Shown here piece after piece: positions 1 to 11,306 of a stretch of DNA of 64,000 nt. The position numbers were made by a program, and so were the translations under genes. A model generated the notes under the pieces. The model saw nothing but the letters and a program-made list of their open reading frames with translations. It ran no database searches and had not been told where the DNA came from. Positions within the stretch are counted from its first letter, which is position 1; each line of letters starts with the position of its first letter. Source of the stretch: an uncultured Gammaproteobacteria bacterium (GTDB lineage Bacteria > Pseudomonadota > Gammaproteobacteria > JACCXJ01); the NCBI GenBank assembly GCA_963764725.1, contig CAVXTM010000015.1, positions 64,001-128,000 of the forward strand. The letters run 5' to 3'.

Positions 1-18
1 CGGGATCTGCGCCTGAGA

Positions 19-1032
19 GTGCAACAGGAGCCCAAGCAAGTCGGGTACGCCACGGACCTTGCCAGGCGTTATCTCGAGATCGGACGCGCGGAAGCGGATC
101 CGCGCTATGCCGGCTACGCCGAAGCGGTGCTGCAACCGTGGTGGGAAATGGCAGACGCGCCGGCCGAGGTGGGGGTTCTGCGGGCCGCGGTGCGCCAGCA
201 TAGGCACGAATTCAGCGCGGCTTTGAAGGATCTCGATCGAGTACTGGCCAAGGACCCGCGCAACGGCCAGGCCTGGCTGATGCGCTCCACGATCCTGACA
301 GTGATTGGACGTTATCCCGAAGCGAGGCAGAGTTGTCTCGCCCTGCTGCGCCTTGCCGATGCGCTCGTCGTGACAGCCTGTCTCGGCGCGGTGGAAAGCC
401 TAACGGGGCGCGCGCGCCCGAGCTACGCGGCGCTCGACGGGGCAATCCAATCCGCGCCCGAGGCCGATCCGGCGACGCGGCTCTGGGCACTGACCTTACT
501 CGGCGAGCTCGCCGCGCGGCTCGGCGAATTCGCCCAAGCGGAGCGGCACTTCGTGGAAGCGATGGGTCTCGGGCGCCGCGATGTGTACTTGCTCTTCGCC
601 TACGCGGATTTTTTGCTGGATCAAGGCCGCTACGCGGAGGTCGCCCGGCTCTTGCGCACCGAGACGCGCGTCGATGGCTTGCTCTTGCGCGTAGCGCTCG
701 CGGAACACGCACTGGGCTTGGATACCACCGAGAGGGTAACGAATCTCAAGGCGCGCTTTGAAGCCGGCCGGGTACGCGGTCCGTTCTTGCACCCCGGAGA
801 GGAGGCGAGGTTTAGCTTGGTGTTGTTAAAAGAACCGCGGCGGGCCGTGCAATTGGCGCGTGCGAATTGGTCGCTTCAGCGTGAGCCCGGCGACGCGCGC
901 ATCCTGCTCGAAGCGGCGCGCGTCGCGAACGATGCCCGAGCCGCCGGCCCGGTTCTGAAGATGTTGGCGCGGGCGGGAACGGAGGATGTGGTCTTGCGCC
1001 GCTTGGCGGCAAGCTTTAACGCGGTGGAGTGA
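19..1032 (+). CDS. Tetratricopeptide-repeat protein (5' end probably outside the window)
   Basis: Ala/Leu-rich helical TPR-like repeats (e.g. DLDRVLAKDPRNGQAWLMRSTIL). Lies directly upstream of a HupE/UreJ-type gene. Confidence 0.75.
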   Translation: MQQEPKQVGYATDLARRYLEIGRAEADPRYAGYAEAVLQPWWEMADAPAEVGVLRAAVRQHRHEFSAALKDLDRVLAKDPRNGQAWLMRSTILTVIGRYPEARQSCLALLRLADALVVTACLGAVESLTGRARPSYAALDGAIQSAPEADPATRLWALTLLGELAARLGEFAQAERHFVEAMGLGRRDVYLLFAYADFLLDQGRYAEVARLLRTETRVDGLLLRVALAEHALGLDTTERVTNLKARFEAGRVRGPFLHPGEEARFSLVLLKEPRRAVQLARANWSLQREPGDARILLEAARVANDARAAGPVLKMLARAGTEDVVLRRLAASFNAVE

Positions 1033-1075
1033 GAGCTTGGGAATAAATCTACTGCGCAGCCCGCCCGCATCGTTG
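1030..1075. mobile_element. MITE-like element end (partial copy)
   Basis: TGAGAGCTTGGGAATAAATCTACTGCGC resembles the terminus of the full copy at 6183 (TCAGAGGTTGAGAATAAATCTGCTGTGC). Confidence 0.55.
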
Positions 1076-2197
1076 CAGCGCCGGGTCGTTGGATGCCTGT
1101 TCCTCATCCTGGCCGGGCAGGCCTGGGCGCATAAGGCCAGCGACAGCTACCTAGACGTGAACGCGGGCGATGAGCGCATTGAAGTGCGGTGGGACATCGC
1201 GTTGCGCGATCTGGATTTCGCCATCGGCCTCGATGGCGACGGCGATGGGGCGATCACCTGGGGCGAGGTCCGCGCTCGCCAGCGAACGATCCGGGACTAC
1301 GTCATGCCGCACCTGCGTTTTGGGAGCGGCGATGCCCAATGCGCGCCGCGGGGCGAGCGACAGCTCATCGATCATCATAACGACGGCGCCTATGCCGTTT
1401 TGAAGTTCGAGCTTACCTGTCCGCCGAGCGCCAAGGATGTTCACATCCATTATGACTTGCTCTTCGATCTCGATGCGGCGCACCGCGGGCTGCTGCGTTT
1501 GGCCTACCGCGGGAGTACCCAGCCGGCAATCTTCAGCCCCGCACACCCGCGCCAATCGTTTTCCCTGGGATCGCTGAACCCGCTGGATGGGTTTCTAGCC
1601 TATTGCCGCGAGGGGGTGTGGCACATCTGGATGGGCTACGATCATGTGCTGTTCTTGCTCAGCTTGTTGTTGCCGGCGGTATTGCATCGCCGTGGGCGGG
1701 TCTGGGTCGAGGCCGATGATTTTCGGGCCGCTTTCCTCGATGTCGTAAAGATTGTTACGGCCTTCACCTTGGCGCATTCCGTCACGCTCAGCCTCGCCGC
1801 GCTCGGATCCCTCAAGCTGCCCTCGCGGTGGGTCGAAACCGCCATCGCCGCTTCGATTATCGTGTCGGCGCTGAATAATCTCTATCCGGTCGCGTATCGC
1901 CAGCGCTGGTCGCTGGCGTTAGTCTTCGGCCTGATTCATGGCCTGGGCTTCGCGAATGTGCTCGGGGACCTCGGCCTGCCGGCCGGCGGGCGAGTGCTGG
2001 CCTTGCTCGGGTTCAATTTCGGTGTCGAGCTTGGACAGCTCGTGATCGTGAGCGCCTTCCTGCCCTTGGCTTTTAGCGCGCGCGCGACGCGGGCCTACCG
2101 GGCGATTGTCCTCGGTCTCGGATCGTCGGCGATTGCCCTCCTTGGCTTCCTGTGGTTTGTCGAGCGTGGGTTCAACCTCGAAATTCTAGGGAGCTAG
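1037..2197 (+). CDS. HupE/UreJ-family membrane protein (putative metal-binding/transport)
   Basis: Signal peptide ending AWA-H, and motifs GVWHIWMGYDH, FTLAHSVTL, FGLIHGLGFA, GFNFGVELGQ. Start uncertain (ORF track gives 986; TTG at ~1037 follows the upstream stop). Confidence 0.85.
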   Translation: MGINLLRSPPASLQRRVVGCLFLILAGQAWAHKASDSYLDVNAGDERIEVRWDIALRDLDFAIGLDGDGDGAITWGEVRARQRTIRDYVMPHLRFGSGDAQCAPRGERQLIDHHNDGAYAVLKFELTCPPSAKDVHIHYDLLFDLDAAHRGLLRLAYRGSTQPAIFSPAHPRQSFSLGSLNPLDGFLAYCREGVWHIWMGYDHVLFLLSLLLPAVLHRRGRVWVEADDFRAAFLDVVKIVTAFTLAHSVTLSLAALGSLKLPSRWVETAIAASIIVSALNNLYPVAYRQRWSLALVFGLIHGLGFANVLGDLGLPAGGRVLALLGFNFGVELGQLVIVSAFLPLAFSARATRAYRAIVLGLGSSAIALLGFLWFVERGFNLEILGS

Positions 2198-2363
2198 CTT
2201 CTCGGCCGCGGTCGTCGCTTCCGCATCAGCTCGCTCTTGTCGGACTCACCACTCAGCAACGCCGCAGTCCGATTGCGTGCCGGCTCGCTCGCAGTTACTC
2301 TTGCCATCGGGATGCAGTAGTGTCTCGGTTTGAATTTCAGCTATCGGGCCACGAGCAGTCGCT

Positions 2364-2592
2364 CGCGCCGACCGCCGGCAAGAGCGCCACCTGTAAGAGC
2401 TGTGGCCACTGCTCGTGGATGGGGGTGAACGGGCTGCGAAAGCTCGCCGATGCGTTAGAGAGGGGTGCCAACGAGGTGTTTCTCGACCGCGACATCGTCG
2501 AGCGGGCGCGGATCCCGATGGAGCGGCTGCTCCGTTTTGCCGCCGCCAAAGGGCGGGTCGTGCCTGGGGCCAACGATCCTGAGAGCTTGTGA
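2364..2592 (+). pseudogene. nadA: Quinolinate synthase C-terminal fragment
   Basis: APTAGKSATCKSCGHCSWMGVNGL...ERARIPMERLLRFAA matches the NadA C-terminus (APTAG..ATCRSCAHCPWMAMN). No N-terminal part is present. Confidence 0.8.
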
Positions 2593-2650
2593 ATATATCG
2601 TCGCGAGCATCCCGAGGGCAACGAGCCGCGGAGCGAGCAACGAGGCATCA
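2580..2650. mobile_element. MITE-like element half copy
   Basis: TGAGAGCTTGTGAATATATCGTCGCGAGCATCCCGAG...GAGCGAGCAACGAG aligns by eye with the reverse complements of 48219-48303 and 6250-6332. Confidence 0.7.
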
Positions 2651-2662
2651 TCGGCGCGCGCC

Positions 2663-3319
2663 ATGCAAACTACCGCTCCCGCGAGCGATCAAACCCCGGA
2701 GGCCATCGTCCTCGTGCATGGGCTGTATTTGCACAGCGACTGGGGCATGGCGGTGTTGCGTTACAGGCTGGCCTCCATGGGCTTTGCCGCCTTCCGATTC
2801 TCGTATCCATCGGTCGGTGCAAGCCCGGAGCACAACGCACGGTGTCTCGGGAGTTTTCTCGAGCGCATCCAGGCACCGACGATACACCTGGTGGGACATA
2901 GTCTCGGTGGCCTGGTGATCCGCCATCTGTTTCACCTGTCTCTCGAGCTGCGACCGGGGCGCGTGGTGACCTTAGCGACGCCCCACCAAGGCAGTTCCGT
3001 CGCGGCGAGACTCGCGCAGACCTCGGCTGGGCTGTTTGCACTGGGGAAGAGTCTCGATCACGGCTTGCGGGGAGATGCGCCGGCGTGGACCGGCGCGCGC
3101 GAGCTGGGCGTGATCGCGGGCAGCCGGAGCCTGGGGCTAGGTCGGATGGTCGCTACCCTGAACGGCTTGAATGACGGCACCGTGGCCGTCTCGGAAGCCT
3201 CGCTTCCGAACGCGACGGACTTGGTCATTCTGCCTGTCACACACTTCGGGATGTTGTTCTCGGCCATAGTGGCTCGCCAGGTCCGGCAGTTCCTGCGATC
3301 GGGGCGTTTCGGAGCATAG
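2663..3319 (+). CDS. Alpha/beta hydrolase (lipase/esterase-like)
   Basis: LVHGL oxyanion motif, GHSLGG nucleophile elbow, NDGTV and late His (VTHFGM). Confidence 0.85.
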   Translation: MQTTAPASDQTPEAIVLVHGLYLHSDWGMAVLRYRLASMGFAAFRFSYPSVGASPEHNARCLGSFLERIQAPTIHLVGHSLGGLVIRHLFHLSLELRPGRVVTLATPHQGSSVAARLAQTSAGLFALGKSLDHGLRGDAPAWTGARELGVIAGSRSLGLGRMVATLNGLNDGTVAVSEASLPNATDLVILPVTHFGMLFSAIVARQVRQFLRSGRFGA

Positions 3320-3516
3320 TTGCTACTGTTCCATTCGGTCTTCCTCTCTACCAGCGTGATTTTGACCAACCACTGATGAGCATCGGTGATGTCCCACCAT
3401 CGGTGGTGCGAGCTAAACCGACCGCGGTGGCGGGCCCTGCCTCAAAGCTAGTTACGGCAGCCGTTTTGCGCCAAATACCACCGGGCGCGCAAAACAACGC
3501 GTCGGTGAACTCTGCT

Positions 3517-5145
3517 TTAGGTGCCCACGCTGCCCGACCGCTCACCAAAGAGTTCTCCCTGTTGCCACACTGAGGAACGGAGTTCGGGCCAGCGCTCGAC
3601 GAGGGGCGCTGCGGAGATGCGCCCGAGTTCGCTCGGCTCGATCTTGTTTAGCCCCCCGCCGTATACACGACCCTCGCCGCGTAGCTCGTGGCCGGTGATA
3701 CGTGCCAGGACTGCGTGCACGTCGGCGGCGCGGCCGGGGTGCTTACGGAGCATGGCCGCGAGGGCATTCAGCGGGTAGAGCATGAGATAGAGATTCGTCC
3801 CGATGGCCTTTGATCGGTTGAGGATGAAGCGGAACGGCTGCTTATCGTTCGCGCCGCGGCCCATGTATGTGCAGAGGAAAGGGGCGGGGAGGCGCTGCTC
3901 TTGCCTGTACCACGGGCTGCGCTTGCCGACGAGGTAGCGGTCCATGATGCCCAGCGCTGCAGCGGTTCGTAGGTATTCCCAGAGGGCCGGATGCCGCTGT
4001 TCCACAACATGCTCCGGGAGGTCGCAGTCTATGACGCACAGTTGGCGGTCGAGGACCGGGTAGCCGTCGTCGTCGCCTTCAATGACGGTGGTCTTGAGAT
4101 GCCTCGGGCTCGGCAGGATCGGGCGGAGATACTTCGTCGGGAGGCCGAGACCCTTGGCGTCGGCGCGGTCGAGTACGAAGAATTTGTTGCTCCCCGTGGC
4201 GATTCCGCGCTGGATCCGGAAGAACCCAGAGAGTGTCGGGCCATTGCTGTCGCTGGCAGTGTGCCGGTCGTTCCTGGCGTGGCTCGGATACGCGGTCCAC
4301 TTGCGGGACTCGCGCAAACGTTCGAGCGCGATTCGGTCGCTGGCGTGCGGCTCGTTCAAGGTGCCGCCGAACGTGAGCTCGACCTCGTGGCTTTGGGGCG
4401 GCGGGGCCTTTCTGAACACGAGAACGACCGACGACACCAGGGCATCGCCGAACTGAACATCGTCAGGATCGAACCGATGTGTGCGGATGAGCGTAACGCG
4501 ATCGGTGAGGTAGCGCCTGAGGGCAGCGCCATAGTTGACGTCCATGAACTCCGACGGGACGAGCCACCCGGCGTACCCGCCATCCTCCATCCACGCCGTG
4601 GCGAGCAGGAGGAAGTAGACGTACAGACCGGCTAGGCCGCTGACTTCGACACCGGTCATCTGGTACGCAAGCCGTTGCAGGCGCTCCTTATCCTGGTGGT
4701 CCATGTGGTGGTGGCGGACGTAAGGTGGGTTGGCCAGGATGAGGTCGGGCGCGGACGGGCGAGATGCATTGGCGACGACACGAGTAAAGTCGCCGCGTAC
4801 GAGTTCAAGCGCGGTGTCGGACCACAACTCCCGGGCGGCCTCGCAGAAGGCCGGATCGAGTTCGATACCGACGGCGCTTCTGATGCGCTTGGGGCCGAAC
4901 ACCGCGAGCGCCGCCGAGAAGAAGCTGCCGGAACCGATCGAGGGATCGGCGAAGCGGACACCGCGCTTACGGTCGTCGATCAGCGAGTCCACGTACCGGG
5001 TGATGTCGATGGCGAGGGCGTTGGGCGTGGCGAACTGGCCGAGGCGGTTCCGCTCGGCCACCGACCTGGTGGTATCGATGGCCGCTTGAATTGTTTGGCG
5101 CCGCGTCTCGGTCGGGTTGTCATGCTGCGCAATCATGCCGGTCAC
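3517..5145 (-). CDS. Type II N6-adenine DNA methyltransferase (XamI/Eco57I-like)
   Basis: [15 protein letters not shown] (SAM binding), NPPY catalytic motif, C-terminal [13 protein letters not shown]. Overlaps the endonuclease stop. Confidence 0.9.
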   Translation of the reverse strand: MTGMIAQHDNPTETRRQTIQAAIDTTRSVAERNRLGQFATPNALAIDITRYVDSLIDDRKRGVRFADPSIGSGSFFSAALAVFGPKRIRSAVGIELDPAFCEAARELWSDTALELVRGDFTRVVANASRPSAPDLILANPPYVRHHHMDHQDKERLQRLAYQMTGVEVSGLAGLYVYFLLLATAWMEDGGYAGWLVPSEFMDVNYGAALRRYLTDRVTLIRTHRFDPDDVQFGDALVSSVVLVFRKAPPPQSHEVELTFGGTLNEPHASDRIALERLRESRKWTAYPSHARNDRHTASDSNGPTLSGFFRIQRGIATGSNKFFVLDRADAKGLGLPTKYLRPILPSPRHLKTTVIEGDDDGYPVLDRQLCVIDCDLPEHVVEQRHPALWEYLRTAAALGIMDRYLVGKRSPWYRQEQRLPAPFLCTYMGRGANDKQPFRFILNRSKAIGTNLYLMLYPLNALAAMLRKHPGRAADVHAVLARITGHELRGEGRVYGGGLNKIEPSELGRISAAPLVERWPELRSSVWQQGELFGERSGSVGT

Positions 5146-6101
5146 AACCCCAGTTTCGCAAGGTCGTCGATGCGATGTTCCCAGACCCAGTCGATGCCCT
5201 CCGCCGCCTCGTACCCCAAGTAGTCGCTGCCGAAGTAGCCGCAGAGGAACAGCACGTAGCGTAAGTTCTCACCATACGTCGCCTGGAGTTGGTGCACCTT
5301 CGTCGCCTCTTCCTTGCGGCGCTTGTTGGTGTTGGTGAAGTCACCCGCCGACTTGGCCTCGATGAGGATGGGCAGGCGGCCCTTCCGCGGCTTGTTGGGC
5401 TGGATGACCACGTCGGCGGGGATGTTGACTTTGACCGTGTTGCCGACGGCTAGGTTCATGCGGAAGCTGTACGTGGCCGACTGCATCTCGGTCAGCGGCT
5501 TCCCCGCGGCATGGGGCTGTTTCCGATACCCGCGTTTGTCGAGATAGTCGCCAATCATGGCGAGTTGCCGTTGCTCCTGCGCGTTGCGGACGATCGGGTT
5601 CGCCACGGCGCTGCACAGCCGGTCAGCGACGATCGTTGATGCCCGGTCGCGTTCGTGGTCAGTCGGGTCTTTCGCCGTGTCCAGCCACGGGAAGATGTCG
5701 CGGTCCAGGAGCTTTGTCAGCACGAGGCAGACTTTGGTTATGTTTTCATCGAGCAGTTTGGCCTTCATCCGTGAGGCCAGCTTTCCTTCCTCCATGCTGC
5801 CGATGAGCGACTTGTTCGCCCCAGCAAGCCCGACCAGCCGGTCCACCGCCAGCGGCGGAGCGGTACACATGCGAAGCGTTGGGAGCGCGCTGGGGTTCGC
5901 CCGCAGCGTCGCGGCATCCAGACTCCGCAGATCGCGAGTGGCGAGGAGAGCGGTCTTGACGTGCTCGGTGGTTTTTACGCGCGTCGACCGGAACGCCTCG
6001 GGCGCGAACCGCATGAACCACTGGTTGAACTGGTCAACAGAGGTTGCGATGTCGGCTTTCCAGAGATGCGGCTTGTCGGCGTTGATCCGGCGAGGTTTCA
6101 T
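5142..6101 (-). CDS. XamI-family type II restriction endonuclease
   Basis: N-terminus [24 protein letters not shown] and PD-(D/E)xK core PADVV...[19 protein letters not shown]. Coupled to the MTase. Confidence 0.85.
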   Translation of the reverse strand: MKPRRINADKPHLWKADIATSVDQFNQWFMRFAPEAFRSTRVKTTEHVKTALLATRDLRSLDAATLRANPSALPTLRMCTAPPLAVDRLVGLAGANKSLIGSMEEGKLASRMKAKLLDENITKVCLVLTKLLDRDIFPWLDTAKDPTDHERDRASTIVADRLCSAVANPIVRNAQEQRQLAMIGDYLDKRGYRKQPHAAGKPLTEMQSATYSFRMNLAVGNTVKVNIPADVVIQPNKPRKGRLPILIEAKSAGDFTNTNKRRKEEATKVHQLQATYGENLRYVLFLCGYFGSDYLGYEAAEGIDWVWEHRIDDLAKLGL

Positions 6102-6182
6102 GAGATCCCGTTGTTCACGGCTACTGCGTCCTCGGTTGTCGCGGCAAGCGCTCGGCGTCAGGTCATGAGCAGCGTGCAATGC

Positions 6183-6332
6183 TCAGAGGTTGAGAATAAA
6201 TCTGCTGTGCATGCCGATCGCTGCGTCGCGTGGTCGCTCGCTCCTCGCCTATCGAGTTTGATATGTCTCGTCGCTCGTTCCGCGGCTCCTGGCGCTCGGA
6301 CTTGCTCGCGACGATTTTCTCGCAACCTCTGA
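6183..6332. mobile_element. Full-length ~150-bp MITE-like element with terminal inverted repeats
   Basis: Left end TCAGAGGTTGAGAATAAATC; right end reverse complement TCAGAGGTTGCGAGAAAATC. Interior is imperfectly palindromic and non-coding. Partial copies occur elsewhere in the window. Confidence 0.75.
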
Positions 6333-6338
6333 GGCCTG

Positions 6339-8531
6339 CTAGAGCAGCGGCACGATCATCAAGGCCACGATGTTGATGATCTTTATGAGCGGGTTGATCG
6401 CGGGGCCGGCCGTATCTTTGTAGGGATCGCCCACGGTGTCGCCCGTCACCGCTGCCTTGTGGGCGTCTGAACCCTTGCCCCCATGATGGCCGTCCTCGAT
6501 ATACTTCTTGGCGTTGTCCCAGGCGCCGCCCCCTACGGTCATCGAGATGGCCACGAAGATCCCGGTGACGATGGTGCCTAGCAGTAGACCTCCAAGCGCC
6601 TTGGGACCCGCATCGCCGCCCATCAGCAAACCGAGCCCCAAGGCCACGGCGATCGGCACCAGGACCGGCAAGAGCGAAGGGACGATCATCTCCTTGATGG
6701 CGGCCCGGGTCAGCAGGTCCACGGCCGTGGAGTAATCGGGCTTCGCGGTGCCCTCCATGATCCCCGGGATCTCGCGGAATTGCCGTCGCACCTCCACGAC
6801 TACCGAGCTCGCGGCCCGGCCGACGGCCTCCATGGCCATCGCAGCGAAGAGGTAGGGGACGAGACCCCCGATGAAGAGACCGATGATCACCGCCGGATCC
6901 GAGAGTTCGAAGCTTATCTTCATTCCGGCGTGCTCCAAGCTGTGGGTATAGTCAGCGAACAATACCAAGGCCGCGAGTCCCGCCGAACCGATGGCATACC
7001 CTTTGGTCACGGCCTTGGTCGTGTTTCCGACGGCATCGAGCGGATCGGTGATCCCGCGCACCTCGGGCGGGAGATCGGCCATCTCGGCGATGCCGCCGGC
7101 GTTGTCGGTGATGGGACCGTAGGCGTCGAGAGCCACGATAATGCCGGTCATCGACAGCATGCTGGTCGCGGCGATCGCGATCCCGTAGATGCCCGCGAAG
7201 GCATAGGCGAGAAAAATGCTCGCGCAGACGGCCAGAACGGGAAGCGCCGTCGCCTTCATTGAGACCGCAAGCCCGGCGATGATATTGGTCGCGTGTCCGG
7301 TGGTCAACGCCTCCGCGATATGGCGTACCGGCGCATACTGGGTGCCCGTATAGTATTCCGTAACCCAGACCAGCGCCCCCGTGAGCGCGAGACCCACGAG
7401 GGAGGACAGATACAAGGCGATGACGTTGTATTCGTCCACGCTCCACATCATGAAAATCGTAACGGGTAGAAAGGCAACCGCCGCAATCCCTCCCGCGACG
7501 ATCAATCCGCGATAGAGGGCGTCCATGATCTTGCCGCCTTCCGCGGCCTTGACGAAAAACGTGCCGATGATCGAGGCGATGATCGACACCCCCCCGAGTG
7601 CGAGCGGATAGAGCACCGCGTCCGCTGCGGCGCTTTTCACCAGCAAAGTCCCGAGCAGCATTGTGGCGATTACGGTAACGGCATAGGTCTCGAAGAGATC
7701 GGCCGCCATGCCCGCGCAATCGCCGACATTATCCCCCACGTTATCCGCGATGACGGCGGGATTTCTGGGATCATCTTCCGGGATCCCGGCCTCGACCTTG
7801 CCGACCAGATCAGCGCCGACATCGGCGCCCTTGGTGAAGATGCCGCCGCCCAAGCGCGCGAAGATCGAGATCAAGGAACCGCCGAAGCCTAAACCGACGA
7901 GCGGGGCAAGGTCCACTGTTGTACCCTCGGGGGTGAGTGCCGCGAGCAGAGCGTAATAACCGGCCACGCCTAATAGCCCGAGGCCCACGACCAAGAGTCC
8001 GGTGATCGCGCCGCCTCGAAACGCTAGGGTCAATGCGGGGTTAAGACCGCTCTTTGCCGCCTCGGCAGTACGCAGATTCGAGCGCACCGAGATGTTCATG
8101 CCGATGTAGCCCGTCGCGCCCGAGAGCACCGCTCCCAGCAAGAAGCCAAAGGCCGTTTTCCAATCGAGCACGATCCCGATGAGGAGAAACAATCCGGTCC
8201 CGACCTTGGCGATCGTCGTGTATTGGCGATTGAGATAGGCCGATGCCCCTTGCTGAATAGCGGCGGCAATCTCGCGCATCCGTTCGGAGCCTTCTGGTTG
8301 CGCCAGGATCCATTGCACCGACCAGGCTCCATAAGCGATGGCCAGGCCGCCGCACACCAGCGCGAAGGCGAGCGACAATGATCCCAGCAAGAAGCTCAGT
8401 ATCAGTATCGCCGCGGCGACGCCCCCTGCGATAGTCAGATATTGGCTGTTGCCAAGCACTGTTTTTAGAAAGCTTTGCCCTTCCTGCCGCACCTCGAGAG
8501 CTATTTCTTGTACCGCGCTAGCGACTTGCAT
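6339..8531 (-). CDS. hppA: Membrane-bound proton-translocating pyrophosphatase (K+-independent type)
   Basis: [30 protein letters not shown] motifs. GNTTKA carries the Lys typical of K+-independent enzymes. Confidence 0.95.
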   Translation of the reverse strand: MQVASAVQEIALEVRQEGQSFLKTVLGNSQYLTIAGGVAAAILILSFLLGSLSLAFALVCGGLAIAYGAWSVQWILAQPEGSERMREIAAAIQQGASAYLNRQYTTIAKVGTGLFLLIGIVLDWKTAFGFLLGAVLSGATGYIGMNISVRSNLRTAEAAKSGLNPALTLAFRGGAITGLLVVGLGLLGVAGYYALLAALTPEGTTVDLAPLVGLGFGGSLISIFARLGGGIFTKGADVGADLVGKVEAGIPEDDPRNPAVIADNVGDNVGDCAGMAADLFETYAVTVIATMLLGTLLVKSAAADAVLYPLALGGVSIIASIIGTFFVKAAEGGKIMDALYRGLIVAGGIAAVAFLPVTIFMMWSVDEYNVIALYLSSLVGLALTGALVWVTEYYTGTQYAPVRHIAEALTTGHATNIIAGLAVSMKATALPVLAVCASIFLAYAFAGIYGIAIAATSMLSMTGIIVALDAYGPITDNAGGIAEMADLPPEVRGITDPLDAVGNTTKAVTKGYAIGSAGLAALVLFADYTHSLEHAGMKISFELSDPAVIIGLFIGGLVPYLFAAMAMEAVGRAASSVVVEVRRQFREIPGIMEGTAKPDYSTAVDLLTRAAIKEMIVPSLLPVLVPIAVALGLGLLMGGDAGPKALGGLLLGTIVTGIFVAISMTVGGGAWDNAKKYIEDGHHGGKGSDAHKAAVTGDTVGDPYKDTAGPAINPLIKIINIVALMIVPLL

Positions 8532-8722
8532 GTGAGGACTCCCCTATGGCATTAAAAAAGGGGCAGCCGCCCCGTAGGATTATGCGGTCAATATTAATGG
8601 ATTATGATCGACGTTGGAAGTGAAAGCGGTTGCCGAAGGCTAGGTTCTTTCTGTAATCTGCCCCCATGGGGTTGCATACCCCGTGGTGGCGAAATCTAAA
8701 TTGACTTTTTGAGATTACGACT

Positions 8723-9391
8723 ATGGGACACACCGTGGCCTTTACTCGGCCGGACGGAAAGGCCTCAAGCGGGTACTGTGCGAGCCCCGCGGCGGGCGAT
8801 AGCGCGCCGGGCATCGTGGTGATCCAAGAATGGTGGGGCGTTAACCAGCAGATCAAGGGCGTGGCCGAGCGCCTGGCGCAGTCGGGGTACCGCGCCTTGG
8901 TTCCCGATCTTTATCGAGGCCGGGTGACGCTCGAAGTGGCCGAGGCCGAGCATTTGATGGGGCAGTTGGATTTCGGCGCAGCCGCGACCCAGGACATCCA
9001 AGGCGCGGTGAATTATCTGAAAGCCCGGAACGCCAAGGTCGCGGTGAACGGATTTTGTATGGGCGGGGCGCTTACGATCTTATCGGCCGTGTTGGTGCAG
9101 GATCTGGCCGCCGCTGTCTGCTGGTACGGTTTCCCTCCGGCCGAAGCGGCCGATGCGCGCACCATCCGCATTCCGCTCCTGGGCCATTTCGCGGAGCAAG
9201 ACGAATTCTTCCCGCTGGCCGGTGTGGACGCCCTTGAACAGCGGCTTCGAGACGGGCAGGTGCGCTATGAGTTCCATCGCTATCCGGCACGGCATGCGTT
9301 CGCCAACGAAACCCGGCCGAATTATGACGCGCGCCAGGCTGCGCTGGCCTGGGAGCGCACCCTAGGCTTTCTCGCCACAGAGCTTGCGTAA
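8723..9391 (+). CDS. Dienelactone hydrolase family protein
   Basis: QEWWG, GFCMGG nucleophile motif, HAFANE. Confidence 0.9.
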   Translation: MGHTVAFTRPDGKASSGYCASPAAGDSAPGIVVIQEWWGVNQQIKGVAERLAQSGYRALVPDLYRGRVTLEVAEAEHLMGQLDFGAAATQDIQGAVNYLKARNAKVAVNGFCMGGALTILSAVLVQDLAAAVCWYGFPPAEAADARTIRIPLLGHFAEQDEFFPLAGVDALEQRLRDGQVRYEFHRYPARHAFANETRPNYDARQAALAWERTLGFLATELA

Positions 9392-9429
9392 ACTGCCCGC
9401 TAACGATTTTTTCACAAGTCCTCATTAGC

Positions 9430-10230
9430 GTGACTAGAACATACGACGCGAGCGCCGTGGCGGTTCTGGCGCGCAGCAAACGCGATCTCGCGATCGCCGC
9501 CATCGTAGTCTTCTGTGTCTCCCTCGGGCTTTATCTAGACGGGGATTGCACACGTATTGAACAGTATTTCCTCGGCGCCATCGCGTGGTGCTTTTTATTC
9601 GGGCTTTTGCAATTCGAGACCCCCGCCATTCGTATGCAGGTCGGGGTGGCCGTCGCGGTGGCGACCTTGTGCGAGTACTCCTTCGCGCCCCTCTATCATA
9701 TCTACACCTATCGCTTCGACAATGTTCCCGCCTACGTCCCGCCCGGTCACGGTATGGTGTATCTGACGGCGGTGGCGCTTGCCCGATCCGCGCTCTTCGA
9801 GCGCTACGGCACGCGCATTGCGCGCGTGACGCTCGTAATCGGGGCGTGCTGGGCATTATGGGGCGTGACCTACGCGGAACGCGCCGATACGGGCGGGGCA
9901 GTGCTATTCCTGGTGTTCTGCGGCTTTTACTTTGTTGGGCGCTCACCCCTTCTTTACATCGCGGCCTTCTATATCACGAGCTACTTGGAGATCGTGGGCA
10001 CCTATTCGGGCGCTTGGGCTTGGGCGGTGCATTGGCCCTCTTGGGGCAATCTACCTCAAGCCAATCCGCCGAGCGGCATCGCCGCCGGATATTGCTTCCT
10101 CGACACAATCGCGCTATTCGGCGCTCCCATCTTGGCGCGATTCATCACCTACGGCGGCACCGCGCTCCGGCGCCTGCAGCCTGTCCCCATGGGCGTAATC
10201 CAGGTGCCTTCCGCGCGCGACAGCGGCTAA
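9430..10230 (+). CDS. Uncharacterised multi-pass membrane protein
   Basis: Several hydrophobic segments with YVPPGHG and NPPSGIA motifs. Confidence 0.65.
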   Translation: MTRTYDASAVAVLARSKRDLAIAAIVVFCVSLGLYLDGDCTRIEQYFLGAIAWCFLFGLLQFETPAIRMQVGVAVAVATLCEYSFAPLYHIYTYRFDNVPAYVPPGHGMVYLTAVALARSALFERYGTRIARVTLVIGACWALWGVTYAERADTGGAVLFLVFCGFYFVGRSPLLYIAAFYITSYLEIVGTYSGAWAWAVHWPSWGNLPQANPPSGIAAGYCFLDTIALFGAPILARFITYGGTALRRLQPVPMGVIQVPSARDSG

Positions 10231-10395
10231 TCGCACGCCTCGACCCTCCCACGCACGCCGCGGGCGGCTTCTCGCGGTGCCGTAATCATTGTGCGACGCA
10301 CAATACTCGCGCTAAAATCATTGTGCACGGCAATACGGCTCTGATGGGGTCCGGCCGCTATCTTTCCAACTTCGATTTTAGCAATGGAGGATGCA

Positions 10396-11214
10396 ATGGA
10401 AATTAAAGATAAAGTAGCACTCGTGACGGGCGGAGCCAGCGGCATCGGTAAGGCCGTCGGATTAGAGCTCGCGCTTCGGGGCGCCAAGGCGGTCGCATTG
10501 GTTGACCTCACCGAAGAGGCGTTCAGAACCGCGGAGCAGATCAACAAAGACCTCGGGAAAACGGTAGCGCACGCCTTCTGCGGGAATGTGAGCGACGAAG
10601 ATTTCCGTCACGAGGTGTACGACGCCCTGGGCGAACAACATGGCATGGTGACTATCTGTGTCCCGGCCGCCGGCATCACCCGCGACGCCCTAGCGGTCAA
10701 GATGAACAAAGAGACCGGCAAGGCCGAAATCTACCCGATCGAGAAATTCCGGCTGGTGACGGAGGTTGACCTCATCGCCCCGGTCTACTGGTCGCTCGAG
10801 ATGGTGGCGCGCGCCGCCGAGGTGCGTTATCGCATGGGCTTGAAGCGCTGGCAACCGCAGGAAGGCATGCAGGGGGTCATCATCTTCATCGGATCGATCT
10901 CCTCGCAGGGCAACAAGGGCCAGATCGCTTACGCCGCATCGAAGGCCGGTCTGGAAGGGGCGGCGGCGACCCTGATGAAGGAAGCCATCTTTCACGGCGT
11001 CCGTTGTAGCGTGATTCACCCCGGCTTTACCGACACCCCCATGGTCCGCGCCCTCGGCGAGGAGTACATTCAGAAATACGTTCTCCCCGAGACCCAGTTA
11101 GGGCGGTTGATCCGACCGCAAGAGATCGCGGACGCGATTTGCTTTATGATCACCAACTCCGCGGTGAGCGGAGAGCTGTGGGCCGACGCGGGGTGGCATC
11201 CCTCGCCGGCCTAG
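10396..11214 (+). CDS. SDR family oxidoreductase
   Basis: TGGASGIG, YAASK, PGFTDTPM. GGAGG RBS before the ATG at 10396. Confidence 0.92.
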   Translation: MEIKDKVALVTGGASGIGKAVGLELALRGAKAVALVDLTEEAFRTAEQINKDLGKTVAHAFCGNVSDEDFRHEVYDALGEQHGMVTICVPAAGITRDALAVKMNKETGKAEIYPIEKFRLVTEVDLIAPVYWSLEMVARAAEVRYRMGLKRWQPQEGMQGVIIFIGSISSQGNKGQIAYAASKAGLEGAAATLMKEAIFHGVRCSVIHPGFTDTPMVRALGEEYIQKYVLPETQLGRLIRPQEIADAICFMITNSAVSGELWADAGWHPSPA

Positions 11215-11306
11215 CGGGTGATCTCCTGATTTCGGGGAGCGCTGCTATAGGCTGGCTAGCGGATGCCCGACGCGTTAGATCCTACGCTCTTGGATAGCGG
11301 AGCAAT

